Assembly (NCBI RefSeq): GCF_009914755.1
Contig: NC_060926.1
DNA: 64,000 nucleotides
DNA from: the human T2T-CHM13v2.0 reference genome, Homo sapiens
Strand: one strand, 5' to 3'
The notes under the pieces are model-generated. The model was not told the origin of the DNA and did not search any database. It saw nothing but the letters and a program-made list of their open reading frames with translations. A program made the translations under genes and the position numbers. Shown here piece by piece: positions 16,003 to 30,500 of this stretch (within the stretch, counting starts at the first letter, position 1; every line of letters starts with the position of its first letter).

Positions 16003-17340
16003 AAAATACTGATAATATCACTCTTCTATTTAAAATGATTTAGTAACTTCCTATTGCTTTTGAGATAAATTCTAACTCCTTTATATGGAATGTAAGCCCC
16101 TTTAGTCTCTCTGCTTTCCAGCCATATCAACTTTCTTATCATGTTGTATGCCTTGTAACTTTTTACCACTGATAATATGCTAATGCAAAAAGGACTATTT
16201 TCAGGTTAACTGATACACCTTTGTGTGATCCCATTGTGATTCATATGTTATTATTTTTAGTCTTTTAGCAAGAGATATCTCAAGGGTAGAAAATCATGTA
16301 TAAATAGGAATAATCCTGTTTAATCTACAAGCTTTTAATTTCAAAAGAGGTAACATTTTTCAATCTATAGGCTATAGACCTCTGGCTAGATGAAATTTAG
16401 ATAGTAAGAATGAATCTATTAAAAAAATAAATCCTTTTAGGCAATTTCTACATGGAACTTTAAATGTATATAGTAGATTCATGAGCTTAAATAGAACTCT
16501 GAGGCTTTAATGCTCTCAATATTTTGAGCTTCTTTAAAGCAGACCTTGGGCTATCAATAAAGTTATGTATGAAGAGTAACAATGCAGCATTCTGAATAAT
16601 GACTGTTTGCTTTTGCAAATAAAAAGGACAGTAAAACCACTTCTATACTTCCCTTATTTTAGATTTTCATCTTTTATGTGTAAAAATCCTCATGGTTTAG
16701 GATTAGCCTATCAGTAGAAAGGCTACTGGATGAAGGTGATTTGAACTAACATGGACACTTTATATTGTTATTGGCTAAACTGAGACCGAAAGCTGAAAGA
16801 GATATGATTTGAGAAAAGTTTAGAAGGTGCCTTTCGTGATGTTTCTATTAATTATTACAACATTAGAAATTAAAGAACATAATACCTTGAGAGAGAAATT
16901 TTACCAGGCACCAAACATTTAAATATTCATCTCTTTAGTTCTTATCTTGGCTAGAAAAAAGACTGAAACTATAGACATAAAAAATAAAGAAATGTGGGGA
17001 AAATCTACCATTATTGGGGTAAGTGGCAAAGGTGAAAAGGTGGAGATAAGGAAAAAAGTCAATGGGGCTGGAAAATCTAAAAAGTGTAATTAATTTTCTG
17101 ACACTGTGATCTCTGCATGTATAGATTTTGATGAAAATAATAAAATCTTCCCTCAATGTCATATGCCTGCTCAATCAGACATCACAAAATGCAGATGACG
17201 AACAATAGAATGTTCACACTTTTGAAATTAGATTTTTTATGATCAATAATAGTATAATTAATTGAATGACATACATTTAGAATTTAAATATCAAACTCAA
17301 TCCAAAGATGATTGATCTAATGTGATGAATCCATAATATT

Positions 17341-17640
17341 ATCTAAAACATCAAAGCTTCATTTAAACTACAAAATGTCTTCACTGTGCAAAAGATTCAG
17401 GAAAAGCACCTTCCAGAAGTATTTCTGGCTTTCAAGAGGCTTTTGATTTATTGTTTCTGTGACAACAATGAAATTGCTGTATAACAGAATATCTGAAACA
17501 TCAAAGCTTAATTTAAACTACAAAATGTCTTAATTGTGCAAAAGATTCAGGCAAAAGCACCTTCTAGAAGTATTTCTTCTTTCAAGAACCTTTTGCTCTG
17601 TTGTTTCTGTGGAAACAATGAAATTGCTGTCTAACAGAAT
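17341..17640. repeat. Tandem duplication of a 150-bp non-TE unit (2 copies)
   Basis: 17341-17490 and 17491-17640 align end to end with about 16 differences by hand count (~89% identity). Confidence 0.95.
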
Positions 17641-18305
17641 ATGCTGGGAAACGAGGAAAGGACTTTTCCTTTGTTCATTTGATCTCAATGTGGCACTGTA
17701 GTGCAAGATCTTATAAAACAGAAACCTGATACAGAGTACAAGGATTTGTAAGAAACTGGTCAGTTTTACTGTTCTGTAGCTAATAAATGGGAGGGCCAGA
17801 GTGTACATGAATTTAACCTCTTGGATCCACTTTGTACTATGGTTACTTAAAAAATACATGTGAGAACATTCCTGCTTTGTTACTCTACACTAAAATATAA
17901 GGGACAAACTGAGCACATTCGAGATCTGTGGGACATCTTTTGCCCTATGTCCTGGATTCTATAGCTTTTCTTCAGAGAATGGATTAGAAAGACATTTAAG
18001 CTTACTAGATAGATAGGTGTCATCCCCTTGCATCAAGGTACATGAGGAGAAAAGTTCAAGAATTATAAATTCTTAGAAAACACAAAAGATCCATTGGAGC
18101 CAGCAAACAAAATGTCAACAAATCAAAAGATATTAGATGGTTATTGACCAGTTTCACGAAAGCAAACCTGCAAGTCAAGATGGAATAATGCTTTCCCACC
18201 CTGTGTCTAAGGCTGCAAAATGACAGTAATCCTTTTTATGGTCACAGAAGCTGACAACTTAGCCTTAGAACTGAAGGCACAAAATCATCTCTGAAAATGA
18301 CTCAC

Positions 18306-18369
18306 CATAAAGAGGTCACGAGCACCAACGTCAACAGCTAGGAGAAATGCCTTTTCAAACCTCTGGTAC
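18306..18369 (-). CDS. WDPCP: Internal 64-bp coding exon of WDPCP (WD repeat-containing planar cell polarity effector / fritz / BBS15)
   Basis: Minus strand reads ...acaaCTAACataatatttttttctgccttgtAG|G TAC CAG AGG TTT GAA AAG GCA TTT CTC CTA GCT GTT GAC GTT GGT GCT CGT GAC CTC TTT ATG|GTGAGT. This gives a branch-point-like CTAAC (18394-18398), a pyrimidine tract, canonical AG/GT and peptide (R)YQRFEKAFLLAVDVGARDLFM, which I recognise from WDPCP/Fritz. It lies in the longest non-repetitive island of the window. Confidence 0.93.
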
Positions 18370-18901
18370 CTACAAGGCAGAAAAAAATATTATGTTAGTT
18401 GTGAACAAGAATATATAAAAGAAAAGAGCTGTTTATTTAACATATTTCTGTGATACTGTTTTTGTCCTTCTGATTGGAAAAATATTTTCAAACAGAAGGG
18501 ATTTGGCCTACTAGGATCTTCCATATGTGCAAAGTTATTACATTTAGGAGGGGCTGAGGCGCAGAGCCTGTGGAGGCCTTAAGTATAACTTTCAAGAATA
18601 AACATAACCCCAAGTAGACACTGCTGACTGTGATAGCTTAGAAAATACGTTGCCTCTTCTTGTTAGTACCTCCTATATTTGCCTGAATCCCTCTCAGCTA
18701 TAGAAATCAAAAGGCAATTGTGTTTATTTTGTGAATGAAGAGTGTCTTGTACTAGGAAGCTTATTGATTCATTATATATTCAGTGGAGATGGGATATACT
18801 AAGGAAGAGGTCAGAGGATTAGCAAATTGTACTATTTGTCCATGCATTCACTGCAGTTTTGCATTTGTCCCCATTCCATTGTAACTATCTGGCAATACTA
18901 A

Positions 18902-19273
<372 letters not shown>

Positions 19274-19277
19274 CCAT

Positions 19278-19565
19278 CTTCTTTTTTTTTAATACAGGGT
19301 CTCACTCTGTCACCCAGGCTGGAGTGCAGTGGTGCAATCATCGCCTTGACCTCCTGGGCTCAGATGATCTTCCCACTTCAGCCCCGCCAAGTAGCTGGGA
19401 CTACAGGTGCACGCCACTATGCCCAGCTAATTTTTTGTATTTTTTGTAGAGATGGAGTTTTTGCCATGTTGCCCAGGCTGGTCTCAAATTCATGGGCTCA
19501 AGCAAACCACCCACTTCAGCGTCCCAAAAGTGCTGGGATTATAGGCCTGAGCCATTGTCATCCAT
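19278..19565 (-). mobile_element. AluJ
   Basis: Dimeric Alu with J-type diagnostics (cagggtctcactctgtc, ctcctgggctca). Confidence 0.88.
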
Positions 19566-19634
19566 CTTCTTAGGATCAAACTTAAAGGTAAATTCTTACC
19601 TTTTGTGCCCCTTTGGTCCCATCTAATTCTATAA

Positions 19635-19960
19635 ATTGCCCTTCCTTGAAACCCTCTCCTACCTTGGCTTGCCCTGCTTTCCTTAATTTTTTGTTTTCCC
19701 TTCCTTAGATGTGTTCTTAGTCTCCTTTGCTAGTTCATTTTTCTCTGCCTCCCCATGAAATCAGTATTCTATGATCCTCTTTTATTTCTACCCACTGTCT
19801 CCAATCTCCTCAATAACCTTACCACACCCAGGGCATTGCTTATCAATTATCAGTGGCTTACAAATCTACACCTCCGGGATCCATCTCTTCCCTGATCTCC
19901 AAATTATTATTTCAAGGCACCTCAAAGTTAACATGTCTAACATGTTCACTGAAACATCAA
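19635..19960 (+). mobile_element. L2 fragment
   Basis: ccttccttgaaaccctctcctaccttggctt...tctcctttgctagttc...caaatctacacctcc...aggcacctcaaagttaacatgtc resembles the L2 ORF2 region. Confidence 0.65.
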
Positions 19961-20861
19961 TTTGGCAATCATAGAGGGCAAACTGAAATTGGAGAGAGTG
20001 AAATTAAGGGGGATAAGTTAGGATGTGCTCTTCTTTCTAGGTAAGAGGTAATGATAGACAGTAGATGGTAATGATACATGGTAAAATTAAAAAACTGACA
20101 TTGGCATCTGGCAGCATGGTGAAACAGAAATAACAAAAGGAGACTCCCAACTAGCTTGTTTATAAAATACTTAGTTAAAGTAAATCATAGGACTATGAAA
20201 AGTAAGTAAATACCAAGGGGGCCATATCCTCCATAAAAAAATAACCAATTAAACAAAATCCCTTGATAGAAATCAGAGTAAGGATCACTCAGCAGACAAC
20301 AAATAAGGGGGAAAAACAGGGCAGAACTACTTACAGGGCCATCACCCTTAGGAGATAAGCCTGAACAAAACTCAAGTTAAAGGTGATAAGCTCAGACTGT
20401 TGATTAAGGCAAGTAAAAGAGCTAAACCCAAGAATTCTGATTAAGCCAGGGGCTAAAAGAGACCCAGATTAGTAGTGCCCCTAACTTTCACAGAAACAAA
20501 CAAATTCATGTCTGGATTAAAGCCTTTCTAATAGAGGCCCTCAATGATTTTTTAACATAAAATTAACATAAATTAAAATCAAACAAGTATGAGTTCATAA
20601 AGATAATCAAAAACACAAGAAAACAAGGCACTATAACTAAAAATTAGAAAAATAACAAATTTAGATCTCCATGGATTTCAAATAATTGAATTATTACAGT
20701 AGGCATATAAAATAATTCAATATAAAATATTTAAAGAAATGAGGGAGTCATGAAAATAAGCATGTAATATGATACAATAAAGAATAATCAGGTTACTATT
20801 TTAAAGAATAAAACAGAACTTTTAGAAATAAAAATCTAATTATTGAAGTTAAATAATTTGA

Positions 20862-21163
20862 TTTTTTTTTTGTTTTGGACTGGGTCTTGCTCTGTTACCC
20901 AAGCTGGAGTACAGCGGCGTGATTATAGCTCACTGTAACATCAACCTCATAAGTACCTCGAGTGTCTTAGAAGACCTTGAGTCTCCTAAGCAGCTGTGAC
21001 TACAAGCATGTGCCACGTTCTGGGGTAATACTTTTTTTTTTTTGTAGAAATGAGGTCTCATTATGTTGCCCAGGCTGGTTTTGAATCCATGAGCTCGAGT
21101 GATCTTCCTGCCTCAGCCTCCCAAAATGCTGGGACTACAGGTGTAAGCCACTGTGCTCAGTCA
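20862..21163 (-). mobile_element. AluJ
   Basis: Diverged dimeric Alu, reverse complement. Confidence 0.85.
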
Positions 21164-21481
21164 ATTTGACACATTTGAAGAAAGAATTGGTGAAATAAAA
21201 GTGCATAAATTATGTATAAGTCAGGAATTACACAGAATGTTACACAGAGGAAAAAGAGATTAAAAATATAAAGAGAGGCTGAGCAAATTACAGAAAATGA
21301 AAAAGTCTAATATGACTACACAGGGAATTAAGTTAATGGCTAAGAATTTCCAGAGATGATAAATGATATGAGACAATCAACACAAAAGAAACAATGTATA
21401 TCAGGCAGGAGATATAAAAAGGAAATTTAAAATATCCACATTTGTAATGGAAATGCAGAACTAAACAAAAAAAGAAAATAA

Positions 21482-21790
<309 letters not shown>

Positions 21791-21810
21791 AACTAAAAGC
21801 TTCCAGAAAA

Positions 21811-24073
<2,263 letters not shown>

Positions 24074-24227
24074 AAAAGCTGCCAGAGAGAAGACATATCA
24101 TCTAAAAAGGAACTACAAATAGACTGACCCTAGACTTCTCATTGGCAACAATGGGAGGTAGAAGACAGAAAATATCTTCAAATTATGGAGGAAAAATAAG
24201 CATCAAGTCTTTGTGCAGCGACTCCTC

Positions 24228-24434
24228 CAATTTGTCGATTTTTGTTTTTGTTGCAATTGCTTGTGGAGTCTTTGTCATGATGTCTTTGTCAGAGCCTATG
24301 TCCAGAACAATATTTCCTAGGTTTTCTTCTAAGGGTTTTATAGTTGTAGGTTTTACATTTAAGTCTCTAATCCATCTTCAGTTAATTTTTGTATACAGTG
24401 AAAGGAAGGGGCCTAGTTTCAATCTTCTGTATAT
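24228..24434 (-). mobile_element. Inverted ~205-bp L1 ORF2 fragment homologous to 22810-23020
   Basis: Its reverse complement aligns with the neighbouring L1. No polyA or TSD. Confidence 0.9.
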
Positions 24435-24664
24435 ACAAAAATTCTAAACTTGAATGTACTTAATAAAATAGGCTCAAAAATGTATAAAGCAAAACATGAA
24501 TAGAATTAAAACAAATGATCAGACTACCATCACTGTGTGAGACTAAGGGTTATCTCTAAATTTTTGCTAGTCTAAGCATTGAGTAAATTAGAAAGAAACA
24601 GGAGTCTTAAACAACATAATTACAAAGTTATATTTATTGGATACACAGAACTTAAATCAGAGAA

Positions 24665-24873
24665 CCACCTCCTGGGTTCACACCATTCTCCTGCCTCAGC
24701 CTCCCAAGTAGCTGGGACTACAGGGGCCCACTACCGCGCCTGGCTAATTTTTTGTATTTTTAGTAGAGATGGGGTTTCACTGTGTTAGCCAGGATGGTCT
24801 CCATCTCCTGACCTCGTGATCCACCCGCCTCAGCCTCCCAAAGTGCTGGGATTACAGGCCACTGTGCCTGGCC
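24665..24873 (-). mobile_element. AluY-like element lacking its 3' end and polyA tail
   Basis: Y-type diagnostics (ttcacaccattctcc, gttagccaggatggtctc, ctgacctcgtgatcc). Flanked by cttaaatcagagaa at 24651 and 24889. Confidence 0.85.
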
Positions 24874-26416
24874 CAGAGAACTTTAAATCTTAAATCAGAG
24901 AATACACATTCTTCTTAAGCACAAATGGGATATCTACAAAATTATATTATGTAGTAAGTAAAAAAGCATGTCTCAATACATTTTAAACATTATAATTAAT
25001 CCATCAACAATGTAATTAATTGACAAAAAGATAAGCAATATATGCACATGTACTTAGAAATGAAGTCATTAGTCAAAGAAGAAATCATAATAGAAATTTT
25101 AAAATACTTAAATAAATGCTAATACTATAAAAAAACTTGAGCAAATGAGGTATTTGAAGGGAAATCTATAGCCTTACATGCTTATATTGAAAAGAAGGTT
25201 AAAAATTGATAAACTAAACATCCAACTTAATAATTTAAAAAAACAATAGCAGAATAATCTCAAGAAGGCAGTGGAATAACATGTTTGAAGTACTGGAAGG
25301 AAGAAACACACAAAAAATTTTATATGCAGCAAAGACTCTTTCACAAATGAAGGTGTAATAAAGACATTTGCAGGAAGAAACCAAGAAAATTTATCACAAG
25401 TAGAACTACACCGTAAGAAAGACTAAAAGAAGCTCTTTAGGCTAAAATAAATGCGAGATGGAAATGCAGATCTTCAAGAAAGAATGAAAAGTAGGAGAAA
25501 CAGTAAATACCTGGGCAAATATAAAGAACTCCATTACCTTTATTTAATATACACTAGTCTGTTGAAAGCAAAAATTATAACATTTTGTGAGGGTTGTAAC
25601 ATGTAGGTTATACAATAGCATAAAGGATGGGGTAAGGTGGGTAAATGAACTGATACAGTTCATTGCAAGATTTCTACATTTTCCATGAAGTGGACTGCAT
25701 GAAGATTTCTACATTTTAATTCTAAGTGGACTGTAGAACACTAAGGATATAAATGTAACCCTTACAGCACCACTAAAAAAACAGTGCAAGTAGGTATGAC
25801 TGAAAAAGCAAATAAATAAAAAATCTGGAAAATATTAAAATAATCCAAAGAAGGAAGGAAAAGAGGAGTGAAGAAACAAAAATTAGTACAAACAAAAAAC
25901 AAAATGACAGACTGAATTGCAACTACATCCATAATTACATTAAATGTTAATGAACTGAACATTTCAATTAAAAGACAAAGACTGTCATAAAAGAGCAAGA
26001 ACCAAATATATGCTGTTTGTAAGAAGTCCACTATAAATATACAAACACAGATAGTTTGAAAGTACATAAATAGAAAAATGTAAATATGAAAAGGCTAGAA
26101 TGGCAATAATTATCAGATATAATATACTTTAAAAAACAGTATTAAAGGAGGGACATTTCATAATGATAAAAACACCAATTCATCAGGAAGACCCAACAAT
26201 CATGACTGTGAGTGTCTTAAATATATGAAACAAAAAAAAGGTGACAGAAATAAAGAAGACAATTATATTAACAGTTGCTTTTAGCACACCTCAATCAGCA
26301 AGATAAACAAATGGAAAGTTAAACAAATAAAGTAATAGATGATCTCTATATTCATGTAACTGATATTATAGAACAATATCAGTCTGAAGTACTGAAGTGT
26401 GTCTCTATTATCAGAG

Positions 26417-26503
26417 TATATATATATATATACATTTTGATATGTACTTTGTGTGTATAGACATATATATACACTCTGTGTGTGTGTGTGTGTGTGTGTA
26501 TGT
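26417..26503. repeat. (TA)n and (TG)n microsatellites
   Basis: Directly visible. Confidence 0.9.
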
Positions 26504-27083
26504 ATCCACCCACATGAGAGCTCCTTATTGTTACTTTGCTGATTTATTTCCTCATTTTTGTCATTCTGGCCCATCTTAGACTGAAAATGTTACGTGCAAA
26601 TTAACTACTGGTTTGCTTTTGTCTGTTTCTTCTTGTATCTCCTACAATTTCTGCTTTATGAAGATTCCTATCATTTTATTTGGTACACGGATATAACTTT
26701 TTTTTATTATGAAAGGTAGCCCACAGCATTGTAGAGTGACTTTCTTTGTTCTGTTTAATAATCTGTGGCATAATTCTGTCTTGTTATACAGTATATAACA
26801 ATCCCTGCTTCGTTTGTATTTTTTGCCATATGGCAACTTTGCTTTACTTTTTAAAAAATTGTTTTGATTTCATATTTGTTTTGTATATAGGAATGTTTAC
26901 ATTTTTATAAACTCAAGTATGTATAATTAATGTAATTCTCTTGAGCTCCTTTTTCTTTATTTCTATTGTCTTCTTTTTACATATCACTTTACTGAGGTAT
27001 TATTGGCACAAAAAAAGCTGTACATATTTAATGTATACAACTTGATTAATTTGGAGGGAAGTAGACACCACTGAAGCTATTAC

Positions 27084-27838
27084 TGAGAGGTGAAGCCAGC
27101 TGGGTTTCTGGGTTGGGTGGGGACTTGGAGAACTTTTCTGTCTAGCTAAAGAATTGTAAATGCACCAATCAGCACTCTGTGTCTAGCTAACAGGTAGGGG
27201 GCTTGGAGAACTTTTCTGTCTAGCTAAAGGATTGTAAATGTACCAATCAGCACTTTGTGTCTAGCTAAAGGTTTGTAAATGCACCAGTCATCACTCTGTC
27301 AAAATGGACCAATCAGCTCTCTGTAAAATGGACCAATCAGCACTCTGTAAAATGGACCAATCAGCAGGATGTGGGTGGGCCCAGATAAGGGAATAAAAGC
27401 AGGCCACCTGAGCCAGCAGTGGCAACCCGCTCGGGTCCCCTTCCATGCTGTGGAAGCTTTGTTCTTTCGCTCTTCACAATAAATCTTGCTGCTGCTCACT
27501 CTTTGGGTCCGTGCTGCCTTTATGAGCTGTAACACTCACCGTGAAGGTCTGCAGCATCACTCCTGAAGTCAGTGAGACCATGAACCCACTGGGAGGAAGA
27601 AACACCTCCAGATGTGCCACCTTTAAGAGCTGTAGCACTCACTGCGAAGGTCTGCGGCTTCACTCCTGAAGTCAGCGAGACCATGAACCCACCAGAAGAA
27701 GAAAGTCTGGACATGTCTGAACATCAGAAGGAACAAACTCCGGACACACCATCTTTAAGAACTGTAACACTCACCGCAAGGGTCCACAGCTTCATTCTTG
27801 AAGTCACCGAGACCAAGAACCCACCAATTCCAGACACA
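27084..27838 (+). promoter_or_regulatory. 5' LTR12-family LTR (755 bp)
   Basis: TGAGAGGTGAAGCCAGCTGGG...CCAGACACA. Five intact CCAAT boxes in U3, AGATAA at 27383, AATAAAA TATA-equivalent at 27392 and polyA signal at 27478. Confidence 0.93.
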
Positions 27839-27841
27839 TTT

Positions 27842-27859
27842 TGGCGACCCAGATGGGAC
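27842..27859 (+). other. Primer-binding site, tRNA-Arg
   Basis: TGGCGACCCAGATGGGAC is complementary to the 3' 18 nt of a human tRNA-Arg(CCG) as I recall it (…GTCCCATCTGGGTCGCCA). Confidence 0.88.
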
Positions 27860-29041
27860 CATCGCCTATCGCCAAGAAGTGAGACTATCGCCTATTGCCA
27901 AGTGGTGAGTACCATCGGACCCCTTTCGCTTGCTATTCTTTCCTATTTTTCCTTAGAATTCGGGGGCTAAATACCAGGCACCTGTCGGCCAGTTAAAAGC
28001 TACTAGCGCAGCTGCCAGACTAAAGACACAGGTGTCAGGCTTTCTGGGAAAGGCCTTTCTAACAATCCCTGACTCTTCAGAGTTGGTAGCGTTGGTTTGC
28101 CTGGAACCAGCTTCCGCTTTTCCTGTACTTCTGGGCTGAGCCCAGGGTCGACAGAGAGGAAAGCCATTCAGCTCCGGGGTCCCAACAACAAGTTGGTTGA
28201 CCCTGTGGCCATGAGTGGAACTCTCAAAGTCATGTCGCCCAAGCGAGACTTGCCCATCTATTCTATCTACCCTGACCATTGCCCCCTGGGTCCTAACGCC
28301 TGCCAGACAAACTTCCCCTTGCCTCTCTTCTCCAGGCTAGTCCTGCTTCTAAAAACCACTCCCTGTCTCTGGTGCTTTTCTAGTTTCTCCTATAAGAATG
28401 ATTTCTAGTATAAATTTGGGATTCTGTTACCTTCTGTAGGCACCCAGGCTCACCAATCAGAAAGACGTAATTTTTGCCCAAAGCCCCATCGTAGGGGGGA
28501 CTATCTGGAATTTTAGGATCCCTCCTCAGACTAGCAGGCCTAACAAAAGCTATTCCTGAAGCTAGAATATGGGGAGCCTCAGAAATTGTATCCTTCCTAT
28601 TCATATAAGTAAGGACAAAAGGTGTCACTCTTCCAACCCTGGACATCCCTTCCCTCCCTCAGGGTATGGCACTCCACTTCATTTGGGGGGCATAACATCT
28701 TTATAGGACATGGTTAAGGTCCCAATACTAACAGGTGAATGCTTAGGACTCTAATGGGTTTTCGAGAATGTGTCGGTAAGGGCCACTAAATCCGATTTTT
28801 CTCGGTCCTCTTTGTGGTCTAGGAGGACAGGCAAGGGTGCAGGTTTTCGAGAATGCGTTGGTAAGGGCCACTAAATCCGACCTTTCTCAGTCCCCCTTGT
28901 GGTCTGGGAGGAAAACTAGTATTTTTGCTGCTGCGTCAGGGAGCACAACTATTCCGATCAGCAGGGTCCAGGGACCGTTGCAGGTTTGTGGGTGGGGGAG
29001 AAACAAAACAAACCAAAACCACAGGTGGTTTTGTCTTTCAG

Positions 29042-30500
29042 ATGGGAAACACACAGGCATCAACAGGCTCACCTTTGAAATGCATCCTAAGCCATTGGGA
29101 CCAATTTGACCCACAAACCCTGAAAAAGAGGCGGCTCATTTTTTTCTGCCCTACAGCCTGGCCCCAATATTCTCTCTCTGATGGGGAAAAATGGCCACCT
29201 GAGGGAAGTATAAATTACAATACTATCCTGCAGCTTGACCTTTTCTGTAAGAGGGAAGGCAAATGGAGTGAAATACCTTATGTCCAAACTCTTTTCATTG
29301 AAGGAGAATACATGACTATGCAAAGCTTGCAATTTACATCCCCCAGGAGGACCTTTCAGCTTAGTCCCATATCCTAGCCTCCCTATGGCTCCCCCTCCTA
29401 TTAATGATAAGCCTCCTCTAATCTCCCCTGCCCAGAAGGAAATAAGCAAAGAAATCTCCAAAGGACCACAAAAACCCCCGGGCTATCGGTTACGTCCCCT
29501 TCAAGCTGTAGGGGAAGGGGAATTTGGCCCAACCCAGGTACATGTCCCCTTCTCCCTCTCTGATTTAAAGCAGATCAAGGCAGACCTGGGAAAGTTTTCA
29601 GATGATCCTGATAGGTACATAGATGTCCTACAGGGTCTAGGGGAAACCTTCGATCTCACTTGGAAAGATGTCATGCTTTTGTTAGATCAAACCCTGGCCT
29701 TTAATGAAAAGAATGCAGCTTTAGCTGCAGCCCAAGAGTTTGGAGATACCTGGCATCTTAGTCAAGTAAATGATAAAATGACAGCCAAAGAAAGGGAAAA
29801 TTCCCTACTGGTCAGCAAGCTGTCCCCAGTATGGATCCCCACTGGGACCTCAACTCAGATCATAGGGACTGGAGTCACAAACATCTGTTGACCTGTGTTC
29901 TAGAAGGACTAAGGAGAATTAGGAAAAAGCCCATGAATTATTCAATGATGTCCACCATAACTCAGGGAAAGGAAGAAAATCCTTCTGCTTTCCTCAAGTG
30001 GCTACAGGAGGCCTTAAGAAAATATACTCCCATCACCTGAATCACTTGAGGGTCAATTGATTCTAAAAGATAAGTTTATTACCCAATCAGCTGCAGATAT
30101 CAGGAGAAAGCTCCAAAAGCAAGCCCCAGGCCCTAAACAAAATCTGGAGGCATTATTAAACCTGGCAACCTCGGTGTTCTATAATAGGGATGAAGAGGAA
30201 CAGGCCCAAAAGGAAAAGCAAGATCAGAGAAATGCTGCAGCCTTTGTCATGGCCCTCAGACAAACAAACCTTGGTGGTTCAGAGAGAACAGAAAATGGAG
30301 CAGGCCAATCATCTGGTAGGGCTTGTTATCAGTGTGGTTTACAAGGACACTTTAAAAAAGATTGCCCAATGAGAAACAAGCCACCCCCTCGTCCATGTCC
30401 GCTATGCTGAGGCAATCACTGGAAGGCACACTGTCCCAGAGTGCAATGGTTCTCTGGGCCAGAAAAAAGCCCCCAACCAGATGATCCAACAATAGGACTG
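29042..30500 (+). pseudogene. HERV9 gag (frameshifted)
   Basis: [29 protein letters not shown]; capsid QGKEENPSAFL; zinc knuckle CYQCGLQGHFKKDC. Split over several ORFs. Confidence 0.92.

Noticed and set aside
17530-17859. 109-aa minus-strand ORF as an extra WDPCP exon
   Set aside because: No recognisable WDPCP or other protein similarity; it overlaps the tandem duplication and lacks a convincing acceptor/donor pair.
28755-28915. ~85-bp direct repeat in the HERV9 leader as a locus-specific event
   Set aside because: As I recall it, this duplication is a standard feature of HERV9/HERV-W-type leaders.
28925-30410. Expressible or domesticated HERV9 Gag
   Set aside because: At least three frameshifts and a premature stop after the first zinc knuckle; the longest piece is 168 aa.
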